DNA of 64,000 bases from Oikopleura dioica. Lineage: Eukaryota; Animalia; Chordata. A program made the translations under genes and the position numbers. Positions 1 to 10,739 of this stretch are shown piece after piece. Position 1 is the stretch's first letter; every line of letters begins with the position of its first letter. The DNA lies in assembly GCA_907165135.1 (NCBI GenBank), contig OU015569.1, positions 1-64,000 on the forward strand, read 5' to 3'. The notes below the pieces were generated by a model that worked only from the letters and a program-made list of their open reading frames with translations, searched no databases and was not told the DNA's origin.

Positions 1-3000
1 GACTCGTCAGACTAAGGTAAAGTTAGAGTTCTTTTTTCAAGATTTCAAATCGTTACCGATGTGTCAACGTCTTCTTCAACCTCATCATCCTCGCTCGAGT
101 CCAAGAAGCTAGAAGGATCAACATCTTGTGGCATCGCTGGAGGTGATAAATTCTTGCTGCACGTCGGTTGATTCTCCGCTTCGTCATGCCCCTTTCCTGT
201 CGGTTTCGCACTCTTTTCTTTGGTTGCATTCTTTTGAATTTGCTTCATCTTTCCGACTCCTCTAATTGGACTGTCATTATCAAATGCAGAAGACAAGTCC
301 GTAATCTCGCTCAAGGCATCTCTTCCTGGACAACGAGCAATGGTGTTATCCACAGCTGGCGTAAGAATCGTCGGCTTTGAAGCGCTTTTCTTAGGCGTTA
401 TATTTTCCTTCTCGTGGTTGCTCCTTTTCGCTGCTTGAACTTTAGCGCTTGCTTCGCCCTGCGCGTCCTTTTCAGGAGTCTGAAGCTTTCTCTTGTTTGA
501 GGTGGGAAACGTAGATTCGCGAACGTCCTCTCTGTCAATTGGCGCGGGTGGGGACTGATCATGTTCAGGCGATAGTGCTTGTTGATCCTCCGCAGATTCA
601 TCGAGCAGAACTTGCGGCGACCAGTTATGAGCTGACTCCTGCTCTTCTCGTGGCTGCGAGCGTTCCTGACTTTGCGATTCCGAAGATTTAGATTTCGAAG
701 GTCCCGGTTTTTCTTTTGCAGGCTCTGCATCTGGAATGTCTGAACCTCCTGATGTGTCAACGTCTTCTTCCTCCGAATACTGGTCGGGTACATCGCGAAG
801 AACAGTGAATTCAAAGTCTTTCAAAGCCGATTCGACGATGACTGGTAGCAGTATAGACAGGTTGACTCGGCTGTTGACGGAGCATTTCACACCGTTGAAG
901 CAAATGATAGTATCTCCAGCACGAAGACCAGCTTTATCTGCTAACGACCCCGGGACAACCTTGCTGATGTAGATTCCTGCTTCGCTATATTCTTTGAGCC
1001 TGAATCCAATTGTACCCTTAATGTTCTTCACATCTTTGATGACGATTGTTTTCTCATCATATTCTTCTCGCGTATCCCTTGTCTCCACGGACGAAGTGAT
1101 GCTTCTCGGAGGCTTTCGAGCTGCAGAAGGAATAATTTTTGGATGTTTTTTCTTCATCGAAATCGGCTTCTTTTTTGATTTAGATGGCGATGGTGACTTC
1201 TCTGGTGATCGTAATTTGGTGAGCTTCGACATGCTAGCTGTTGGCGATCTATTTCTTCTCCGAGGACGACTTTGCGGTCGACGAACTTCCTCATCCTCGC
1301 TCGAGTTCAAGAAGCTAGAAAGATCAGCATCTGGTGGCATCGCTGGAGGTGTTAGATTCTTGCTGCACGTTGGTTCGTCATACCTCAGTTTCGCACTCTT
1401 TTCTTTGGTTGCTTTCTTTTGACTTTGTTTCATCTTTCCGACGCCTCTAATTGGACTGTCATTATCAAATGCAGAAGACAAGTCCGAAATCTCGCTCAGG
1501 GCATCTCTTCCTGGACGACGAGCAATGGTGGTATCCACAGCTGGCTTAAGAATCGTCGGCTTTGACGCGCTTTTCTTAGGCGTTATATTTTCCTTCTCGT
1601 GCTTGCTCCTTTTCGCTGCGTGATCTTTCGCGCTTGCTTCGCCCTGCGCGTCCTTTTCAGGAGTCTGAAGCTTTCTCTTGTTTGAGGTGGGAAACGTAGA
1701 TTCGCGAACGTCCTCTCTGTCAATTGGCGCGGGTGGGGATTGATCATGTTCAGGCGATAGTGCTTGTCGATCCTCCGCAGATTCATCGAACAAAGCTTGC
1801 TGCGACCAGTTATGAGCTGACTCCTGCTCTTCTCGTGGCTGCGAGCGTTCCTGACTTTGCGATTTGGAAGATTTAGACTTCGAAGGTCCCGGTTTTTCTT
1901 TTGTAGGCTTTTCCGCTACTGGAAGACGCTTTTTGAAACGGCTTGATGATCCTGGAACGGGCTCCGAAAAATTCACATTGGGTACTTTTGGCTCCCAAGA
2001 AGTCGCAATTTCAAGTTCTCGATTCAAGGGATCGCTCGAATCTCGTGCTCGGTTTCTTCTTGAAATAAAAGCCCTCGCGAATTCCAGACGTCTACTAATA
2101 CCGCCAACTTGTAATTTTCGAAGGGCTCTAGCCAAAGATTTATTCAACTCGTCGCGCGTTGGTTTTGCTCTAGACCGCGGCATTTTTCTGTAAACTCTTT
2201 TTTGAGAAAAATTCGCATTCGGTACTTTTGGCTCCCAAGAAGTCGCATTTTCGAGTTCTCGATTCAAGGGATCGCTCGAATCTCGTGCTCGGTTTCTTCT
2301 TGAAATAAAAGCTCTCGCGACTTCCAGACGTCGACTAATTCCGCCAGCTTGTGCTTTGCGACAGGCTTTAGCCACCGATTCTTTGACCTCATCACGCGTT
2401 GGTTTTGCTCTAGATCTTGGCATTTTTCTGTTAACTCGTTTTTGCTGATAAGCCTGATCTGCTTGCTTGTTAATTTGCTTTATTTCAGCATTCCTCGTCG
2501 GCGATTTGAGCTTCGCAAAGTAATCGTCATCTAAATCCTCGTCGAAAGTCTTCTGTGTCGCTGAGGCTTGCTCCAAAGTTGGAGAAGTGGGAGGCGTAAA
2601 ATATTTTTCGTTGGTCCCTTGTGACTCTTGTTGAGGTTGAATTTGAGTTGCCGATGTTGACTCATGTCGAGCTTGAGTTGCTTGTGCTGACTGTTGTGAG
2701 TCGAGAACAAGCGCTGTGTGGTTTAAAAGATCGTTCACTTGCTGAGTCTGGTTCATCCCTTCTTGCGACTTTTCTTCTTGAGACTCTTCGGCGCATAAGT
2801 TCAGCACATCGTGAGTCCTTCTTTTTCTCACGTCAGTCTCTCTTAGCGTCTCTCCAGAAACCTGTGACCAGGCATCTTTTGATTCGACCTTTTTTGATCT
2901 CCGTGTCGTATCTCCCGAGGACGCCATGGTTATCTCCGGGGACTCCATCGGTTCTTCCTGATTTTCATTGAAGAGTCTTCGACGAAGCTTTCTCGGGGGC

Positions 3001-3696
3001 TGTGGAGGTGAAGCGGGTGCTGATTGATCAGTCTTACTGGGCGTTTTCGGTCGACTCTTTTCAGGCGTTTTGTAGACGGAGGAGCCTTGAGAAGAGTTGG
3101 CTTCTTCTTCGTCTTGCTGGGAAATCTGCGCAGTGTCCATTGGCTGCAGCTCATCATCGAAAAGTTCTCCGCTGACGGAGAGGGAGATCTCTGGATCCGA
3201 AGGCACCTCATCATTGAGTAGTTCACCACTGACTGATACGGAAATTCCTTCCAGGGGATCGTCGCTTATCGAGTGCGTGGCTTTTGCTAAACAGAAGGTA
3301 AGGATTTAGTAAAAGAGTCAATAACTTACGAGATGGTTTGACAGCTTTGGTTTGCTTCTTTCCTGCTCTTGGTGTTTGCTCTGTGCGATTTTTATCTGAA
3401 GAAGCATCAGTAGTGCTTTGAGAAAACTCAGCAGCTCGCTCCATCATCTCATATCGGCTCAGTTGAGAAAGTTGAGTTTCCTGAGTTTCCCAGCCATCGG
3501 TGCTCTCCTGAGATTGGAGAATCTCCTTTGCAGATCTTGTCTTTCGTTGCGGACTCGGCGCTATAATTCGAGTTTATTTTCAATATTTATTTGATCGCTT
3601 ACTTGGTTGGTCGGGATCAAGATCTGAGGCCAGCTTCGAGTTGGATGATTTGTTAGAAGTCTTCTCCGGCGATTTGAAGTGGGGTGAAGGCTTCAT
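1..3696 (-). CDS. Large low-complexity Ser/Lys/Glu-rich protein with one PDZ domain and internal duplications; continues past the left edge
   Basis: 1053-aa ORF 45..3206 extends upstream in frame through GT-AG introns 3287-3329 and 3561-3602 to an ATG at 3696. A further intron at 12-56 carries the frame off the window. PDZ segment TIGFRLKEYSEAGIYISKVVPGSLADKAGLRAGDTIICFNG lies at about 790-1060. Confidence 0.8.
80..1902. repeat. Direct repeat of about 620-640 bp inside the PDZ gene (copies ~80-718 and ~1285-1902) flanking the PDZ domain
   Basis: Near-identical DNA and peptide (EKPGPSKSKS...SFL[N/D]SSED) in both copies, with one small indel. Confidence 0.95.
1960..2439. repeat. Tandem 240-bp (80-aa) in-frame duplication
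   Basis: ggtacttttggctcccaagaagtcgca occurs at 1981 and 2221. The peptide RKMPRSRAKPTRDE...SWEPKVPN occurs twice. Confidence 0.95.
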
Positions 3697-4394
3697 TTTC
3701 AATCCGATAGCGCACTGTCTGAAGAAAAAAATATGGGATCCTTTCTCTTCTCTTTTCGTAAAGAGGTCTGCCCTCAAATGCCGACGGCCGAGCAGCAAAA
3801 AGAAAGAAAAGAAACGATTCTCGAAAAATGAGAATATTCAAATGATGCTCCGACTCGCCTTAATCGCAGTCTCTCGATCAGATAAAAAATGATCGTTTAG
3901 ACATGGACGAATCAAAAAGTAGAAAGAAAGAATTTCATTCGACATGTTTTTGGACATTCAATTTGGCAGTAATCGGTTTTTTTAAAAAGAAGGACTCGTT
4001 GCTTGAAACTCCTTGAGGCTCTTTTCCATTTGCTCCGCGCGGAATATCACTTCCGCTTCTTCATCCAACGCCGGTTTTCGCCATTTTAAAGGAGATATGT
4101 CCGCCAGTCCGCCTGCATCTTGAAACGCTTTCTGGAAGTACAGTGGCGCCATTTCAGCCTCTTCCATGTCGATTGGAACGAATTCCGTGACAAAATGCGG
4201 GAAACCCTTCGTCGCTAGAGAGAGCAGTTAGCAAGGAACTAATCGACACTGGAACTCGTAAAAAGAAACGTACATAAAATCATTGTAAATGATAAAAACT
4301 CGCAATCACGAAACTCCCCTCGTCATTAAAAATGCTCAAAAAGAAAAAATGAAAATTTCGATAAAACTCTTACTGGATAAAACAGATCGAGCGA

Positions 4395-4830
4395 AAGACT
4401 CCCTGGTCGCCCAGGTCCTCCCGGTCCAGCTGGTCCACCAGGACAGACTGGAATAGCTGGACAAGATGGGCATCCTGGTAGCGATGGTGCACGGGGAGAA
4501 CGAGAAGTAAAAGGAGCGACGGGGCTTCGTGGACTGCTTGGTAGAAGAGGAGAACGAGGATTCCCAGGGCTTCAAGGAATCCCAGGCGACACAGGTCCAC
4601 CGGGACCTCCTGGCTTGGAGGGTGAGCGAGGAGAACCCGGCGTGCCTGGCGACATGGGTCCTAGAGGACCTAGTAGAGGTGACCCTGGACCACGAGGTAA
4701 GGCATTTTATCAAAGCTTGAGATAGATCAAATTTGAAGGATTCAATGGAGATCATCGTAAGCCAGGAAAAACTGGTGCCCCTGGTCCTGATGTCTCATCA
4801 GGTCCACCTGGCAATCCTGGACTACCTGGA
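4395..4830 (+). pseudogene. Collagen triple-helix (Gly-X-Y) fragment nested antisense in the CWF19L2 intron
   Basis: Reads [42 protein letters not shown]...GDPGPR, then a GTAAGG...AG intron (~4697-4738), then GFNGDHRKPGKTGAPGPD...PGLPGL. No start codon; several Gly positions are substituted. Absent from the ORF track. Confidence 0.85.
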
Positions 4831-5622
4831 CTGAATTTGCAATCCCGTAGCGAACCGACGCTCATTGTCAATGAATAAAACGTCGCCTGTCAATAAAATT
4901 AATACCTGTAGAGATAAAAACTGGCTCTGTATCGTTCTTTGCTTTGAAATACCCAGTAAGCATTCTTCGCAGGTTGAGGATCTCGCGTGCGACATCCTCA
5001 TCGCATGACGGCGGATTTGGATAGTGTTCTTTTGTAACGATGATGCAGTGCCCTTCTGCCATCGGTTCGGAGCCTGTAACAGCTAGGTACACGTGTTGGC
5101 CAACCCAGCAAATTGAGTCGCGGAGTTTCTAAGAATACGTCAATTTTTGCTTTCAACTGCGTTCACTCTCTACCTTATTCGAATAGCAAAACCGACAGTT
5201 TTCGAGGCTTCTATGAATCATCCTGTTCTTTGCTCGTTCACGGTCTTCATCTGCATGAGGCGTCTCTTTTTCCCTCTTGCCTTTGTGCCGTCGAAGAGTT
5301 CTTCTTCAGCGCCATATCCGAAGCTAAAAATACCTTGAAGACATGGAAGACAATCATGAAACTAACCCATTCCTCCATCGTCATTCTTTTCATCACGAAG
5401 AAGAGCAGAAATATCAGATTCGCGTTTCTGGTTACTTGGACGGATTCGACCACGGGCATCGTATTTTTGAACGACGATTGTCTTTTCATCTGTTAATTCG
5501 TCGATTACTTTTTGAATTTTCGCAGCTTTTTCTTTGTTGCCTTTGAGATCGGCACGCATCAGCTTTCCAGTGAGTTTGTTTCTGATTTCTTTGATTTCAG
5601 CAGCAGCTAAATATTAGATAGA

Positions 5623-5669
5623 TTATACAGTATAAATTATATAGTATAATTTATACAGTATAATTATAC
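5623..5669. repeat. 14-bp-period array of the palindrome TTATAC-A-GTATAA (about 3.4 units)
   Basis: Units at 5623, 5637 (TTATATAGTATAA), 5651 and a partial unit at 5664, inside a CWF19L2 intron. Confidence 0.85.
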
Positions 5670-6119
5670 TCCAATAAGAGTGACTTACATTTGCCCTCAT
5701 GCTTGGATCTTTTCTTAGGCCTACTTTCAGGCTCAACTTCTGCCTCTCACTCCGCCCACATCGCTTCCAACTCGTCTTCATAGCTAATCTCCTGCTTCCT
5801 CTTTTCTGGTTTTCTTTGTTTCTCCATCATCTCTTCCTCGGTCGGAGGCATTCCAGTGCCACCATCTTTGAAGTAAGGGTTAGTTTAACTCTCGGACGAT
5901 TTCATGAAATCGCCCATAAAATCCGACATTTTTCTAAAATCAGAGTGATGTTTATTTTTGGAATAATGTTTGTCTTTGGAACTTGTTTATTTCACAGGTT
6001 TATTTGGAATAATAAATAACTAGAAAAGAATTCGTCTTTAAACTAAGAGAAGCTGCTGTAAGATGGTGAGTAATTGCATAGCGTGTCCATTGCATAAAAT
6101 AGGTTCTTTTTTGAGAGAC

Positions 6120-6625
6120 TAGTTGGCAAGTTCTTCCACAAGTTAGGTATACATGCGAGATGAGGATCTTGCTTTTCGCAGTATTTACCGACAACAGCGA
6201 AGAAATAGAAGGGGTTCTCCCGAAGGAATCGCTCAGGGTTGTTGGCATCAATGTAGATCTCGGCCAAAGCATTGTGGGTGGCGGGTTCTTGGCAGTCTTC
6301 AGCTATTCGCGACTCTCGCCACGTGAGAAGGAGCTAGGACAACCATGATGAGGCTCTTGATCACATCTGGCTCGCAGTCGACATCCAAAAGCCCACCAAT
6401 GACCTGAGGGAGTCGAGATGGGTTAACTTTCTGGACGTAGATCTCGATGTGTTTCTGGAGATTATTTCTGTAAAGATGGAGAGCCGAGTCGTGGACGAAG
6501 TCGAATCGATCGCAGACGATTATCAAAGGAAGTTGGTCCCACATTTTCTGCTCTTTCAAGACGTTCTTGACTTTTTCAGGCTCGTAGCAGTTCGATTCTC
6601 GGCAGATTCGCTCGACTTCCCCTGT
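6120..6625 (-). pseudogene. CLTC: Clathrin heavy chain internal fragment
   Basis: [19 protein letters not shown]...[15 protein letters not shown]...[20 protein letters not shown], then after a frameshifting deletion [39 protein letters not shown]. No other CLTC sequence is present. Confidence 0.9.
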
Positions 6626-6879
6626 CCTCAAACTCTTTAAAAATCGCCTTGAAGTGGTTCCATAAGTTCTGCTCCATCGGATCGGCGATTGATTGGCTTT
6701 TCCCAGGCGATTGAGGAGTAAGTTTCCGAATTGCTCTCGTCGCCGAGAATCGAGAACGGCGTTTTCTTTCATGATTTTGACGAGAATTATCAAGAAACAA
6801 ATCGAAGAGATTATGTTTCGCCAGCAGTAGAGCATCTGCTCTTCAGTTGCTCGTTCTATCAGCGCTTGGATGATCGGCA

Positions 6880-8703
6880 GCCCTAGAAATTGCTCTTTTT
6901 TAAGTCGAAAGACGGTCAATTACCTCGAAAAGCATTTCGCAAGTCTAGCTTTGGAATTTGATTTCTTTGAGTAGGGACAGATGTAGGGACAAACAAAGCT
7001 CGGGAACGCCCTCTGCGCGTATTCAAAGTTCCTCTTGTCCTTCAACTGGATCTCCCTGACCTTCTCCAGTTCCAAAATCTCGAAATCTTCTATTAACTCG
7101 ACCATGTCGCCGACTTTTTGGTTGAGTTTGATGAGCTCGAGGTAGTTTTGCTCGTGCTCCGACGGAGTCACCAAGACCAGGTTTTCTCCGCTTTTTCCAG
7201 CGCGAGCGGTTCTGCCAGCGCGGTGGACGAAGTTTGGAGCAAAGGTTGGAGGATCGAACTGGATGACGTAGTCCACGCAGCCGGAAATATCGACGCCGCG
7301 GCAGAGCAGATCCGTCGTAACTGTTACAATTCGCTACATTCAGAAATCATCAGAGAGTTAACATTATTGATTAACGGTTAGTGATGCTCAGGGCTCGGGA
7401 GCCTGTGTGGAAACCTGAGTCAGGGTTTTATACAGATGCACGTTAGTTTTTGGACAGCTCTATCAGCACCCTGACTCAGGGTTCCGCTTGTTAGATACCC
7501 TTTATTTTGACCCCTCTGGCGGGTAAACTGTAGCAGATGACAGTGAACAACTGTATATCGACGAAAAGAACAGCGTCTAAAGCAGCTTTTGCTACCATTT
7601 TGGTCAGCGAAATCACGTCACGTGACCTCAAAGAAAATAACTTTGTAGCGAGTTTCCTAGAACAGCTCCGCCAGATCTGTCGGTAAATTCCTCGATCGCT
7701 TTCGACCTCAATTTCTGGTTCTTCTTTCCGTGGCACTTGATCACTGGAAAGTTGACCAGCTGCCTCAAAGCTTGGTGGAAATAGTCGACCTGGAGAAAAT
7801 AAACGACGCTCTTCGACTTTCGCCGCTTTTTCAACAACGAAACGAGATAACTGAGTTTGTGGCGCGGCTCGACGACTGAGAAGAGCAGTTTGAGTTCTTG
7901 AGGCGTGGACAGGTTCTCTCGCGCTTTTCTTTGGCCGAGACGGAGTGGGGATGACGCAGACCAGCCTTTTTCAGACGGAGGACGTTTTCGTTCAGCGTCG
8001 CGGAGAAAAGACCGGTTCGCCGCTGCTTTGGAAGATTTGACGAAATGAAATTGATCGCTTTTTCGAAACCAATGTCCAAAATCTTAAAAAAGGCTTTGTT
8101 AATTCGCAGGAAAGGGTTCAAAAACCTGGTCCGCTTCGTCGATAATCAACATCTCCACAGTCTTCAGCTTCGCCTTGAGCACACGTTTAATCAAATCGTC
8201 CATTCTTCCCGGAGTCGCGATGATCACATTTGGAGTCGACTTTTCCAGCATTTCCATGTCTTCCTGGATCTTTGTTACTCCGCCGATGCAGGTCATCGCT
8301 GTGTACTTTTCAAGAACATCGAGAAATCGCAGCAAAACTAGAAAATATCCGATAAACGAATAAACCAGCATTAGGATAGTACCTGTATGAGTTTGATTGG
8401 CGCGCTCTCTGGTCGGAGAAATGACGATGAAGGAGATCTTGTCCTTTGCCCCGGAAGAGATCATTTTGTGCAGCGCGGGCAAAAGGAAGGCCAGCGTCTT
8501 TCCAGAGCCAGTGACAGCTTCGCACATCTCATCTTTGTTTTGCAAAAAGATTGGGATCGTGTACTCCTAAGAAGATTTTCTTCTGGTGCTAGAATTTTCT
8601 TACTTGAACTGTTGTCATGAACTCAGACTTGTCAACGTCTGCTAGGATGAAGGGGCGGCTTCAGATCCGAAAATCGCTTGCTCGACAATGTACTACTGCT
8701 CAT
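6880..8703 (-). pseudogene. DDX55: DEAD-box helicase DDX55/Spb4 degenerate copy
   Basis: AVTGSGKTLAFLLP, IIDEAD, KQRRTGLFSAT, TTDLLCRGVD, FVHRAGRTARAG and RAFPSFV. Frame is broken near the N-terminus (~8630), there is a 12-bp duplication at 6971-6991, and the C-terminus is lost. Confidence 0.8.
7403..7485. repeat. MITE-like hairpin: 18-bp inverted arms each containing TGA(G/C)TCA, inside a DDX55 intron
   Basis: Arm 7409-7426 ggaaacctgagtcagggt matches the reverse complement of 7468-7485 at 17/18 positions. The segment 7403-7426 recurs at 26374-26397 (23/24). Confidence 0.6.
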
Positions 8704-9039
8704 TCTTGAAAATGACAATACTTTAGCTTTGAATCAATACGAAGAGTTTACTGTTTCGCTTGAAAAAAATGGCTGTGATAGAAATAGCTTAGGCGGTGTT
8801 TGAAGTGAGATAGTGAAAAAAATTCAATTATTCCTTGAAAATTGGAGTGAAGAAAAGTATCAGTAGTGAAGTATGTTGCACTATATGAGGCAAACAGCAG
8901 TCTAAAACACTCAAACGAGAAGATGAAATTTGTTGCCGTCGACGAAGCCAACATCGGATTGCCATTGGCGGAGATTTTCGCTGTGATCCCGGGCACGCGT
9001 AAGTCCTCTGAATTTTGTTTAAGCTTTTAAAAAAGAGAA

Positions 9040-10327
9040 CGTCTTTTTCACCTAGGTTTATTGTTGGTAAGGTTGTCTCCTCGTCGTCTACACACTTTTA
9101 TGTTTGACTCGCCCAGCTCTTTCTCGAGATATTTGCCGAGGATTTTGAACGTCTCTTCGTGAAAATTACCTTGAAGACTGCGGGAATTTCGTTCTCCAGG
9201 ACTTCAACAAATTCTATCAGATTTTCGGTCTTTCCCACGAGAAAATAGTGTTCGAGGACGTTTTGCTTCGATCTATCAAGAGCCTACTGGCTTCCGGGCT
9301 CCCAGCATGCTGCAACTTGGCCGCAGAAATAAGGAATCTAAAGATGAATGTCAGCGATTACAAGCTTGCATTATCAGAAACAAGAGCATCTTCAGATGAG
9401 GCAAAGCTGTGGTCGGGCTCGCCCTTGACCCCCTCCTATCCGGGCGGCACACTTTCGTGTCTCCTATAAGAGTCTTCACAATTTTAGATCGAGAATCGCG
9501 TTCATTGGGGCAATTTTCAGACCCTTACGCCATCATACAGAGAGGTTCTAAGAGATCTACATGAATGCGGGTGACATCTGAGGACCCTGATTCGAGTTAC
9601 CTGAATCCACATTTTCTGAATCGAGCAGTCTTTGCTTGACTCTTTCTTCGCGCATTCGTTGAAGGTCGTCGTATCGCCGTTCTTACTCCTCAGAAGTCCT
9701 TTTCGGAAGTTATCACCATATCGGAGAAAGTAGTAGTTCGAGACCAGTCGGTCAAATGGGTTCCTTAATATTTTAAGACAAATTCTATTGAAAGGCGCTC
9801 TTACCGAACCAAATTGATCCAGAAGACATTTGGGACGTTGAAGAAGGCGAAATGACCATGATAAAAGGCAGGAGTAATGCCCCAAGTCGTCATATTTTGT
9901 CGAAGGAGCATTTGATCCTGGAGGGACATGATTGCGGGATTCTGTCTCGGCACGGTTGTATTAACATGGATGACGTAGATTGAGTTTTCTAATGCGTTTT
10001 AAAGATAAGAGGCGGGAAAGAAGTGCTTACCTCTGGTTAGGTCGTAGAGAAGATGGGTAAAGGCAGTGGAGGCAGTTTTTGGAACGCGGTTGTAAACAAC
10101 GATTGGGTTTTCTAGCGACGAGACGAATTCTTCATGAAGAACACCTGGTGATTCTTGATGTTGGAAAAGGAGAGACGATCTTTGAGGCTTCTGGCAGTTG
10201 AAGATTTACTAAAAAATATGTAGAAACAGGGGTCGGGAAAGGAGCTTACCTATGCAAGTCGATTATAAGAAGAAACCAGCGCTAGAAGGAAAAGAATCAG
10301 TCCTGAAACATGACAAAATCGGGCCAT
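9040..10327 (-). pseudogene. HS2ST1: Heparan sulfate 2-O-sulfotransferase degenerate copy
   Basis: IVVYNRVPKTASTAF, PAFYHGH, RNPFDRLVSNYYFLRYGD and IPYFCGQ. An in-frame TAG at 9284-9286 replaces the conserved Trp (GSQ*ALD). The 3' end is unclear. Confidence 0.8.
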
Positions 10328-10739
10328 TTCAATCCTTTTTCTTTTTTTCTCTGTCAGTTCATCTGAAAATTGAAGTTTTCGAATTCCTGAACCAATATTT
10401 TGAGCATTCATTCAATTATAAGAAAATATATTAAAGATATTGCAGCAAAAAAAAAAGAACAATGAAGGCAGTGAGAAAAAGGTAAAGCTTTGGAAGAAGA
10501 AAAAACATGTGAATATGAAAAAAAGGAAACAAGATTTTTCTTAAGAGGTTACATGGTTGGAATTGGCTCGGATTTTCGTCGTTCGATTTTCTTTGAAGGC
10601 GGTTTTTGGTTGATTGACTCGCTCTTTCGCTTCTTAGAGAACGATGAGGGAAGAAAAGGGATGATTTCTTTACCTGGGGATGAAGAGAAGTTTGATCGAA
10701 AATCGAGTCGCCGGAGAATTTCGAATCAGGGTTGAGTTT

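Larger units (their letters stand above)
3982..5929 (-). pseudogene. CWF19L2: CWF19-like 2 (CwfJ family) degenerate copy
   Basis: Motifs NPYFKDGGTGMPP, SLENCRFCY, VYLAVTGSEPMAEGHCIIV, MAPLYFQKA and SPLKWRK. Exons join in phase (introns 4215-4905 and ~5130-5173). Stops and frameshifts occur near 5750-5890 and 5290, and roughly 55 codons appear missing between FQDA and GGLADISPLKWRK. Confidence 0.8.

Noticed and set aside
168-3309. Numerous short ORFs overlapping the PDZ gene
   Set aside because: They are shadow frames of the long repetitive ORF.
4336-4755. ORF-track proteins of 139, 76 and 63 aa
   Set aside because: They are antisense or off-frame readings of the collagen fragment.
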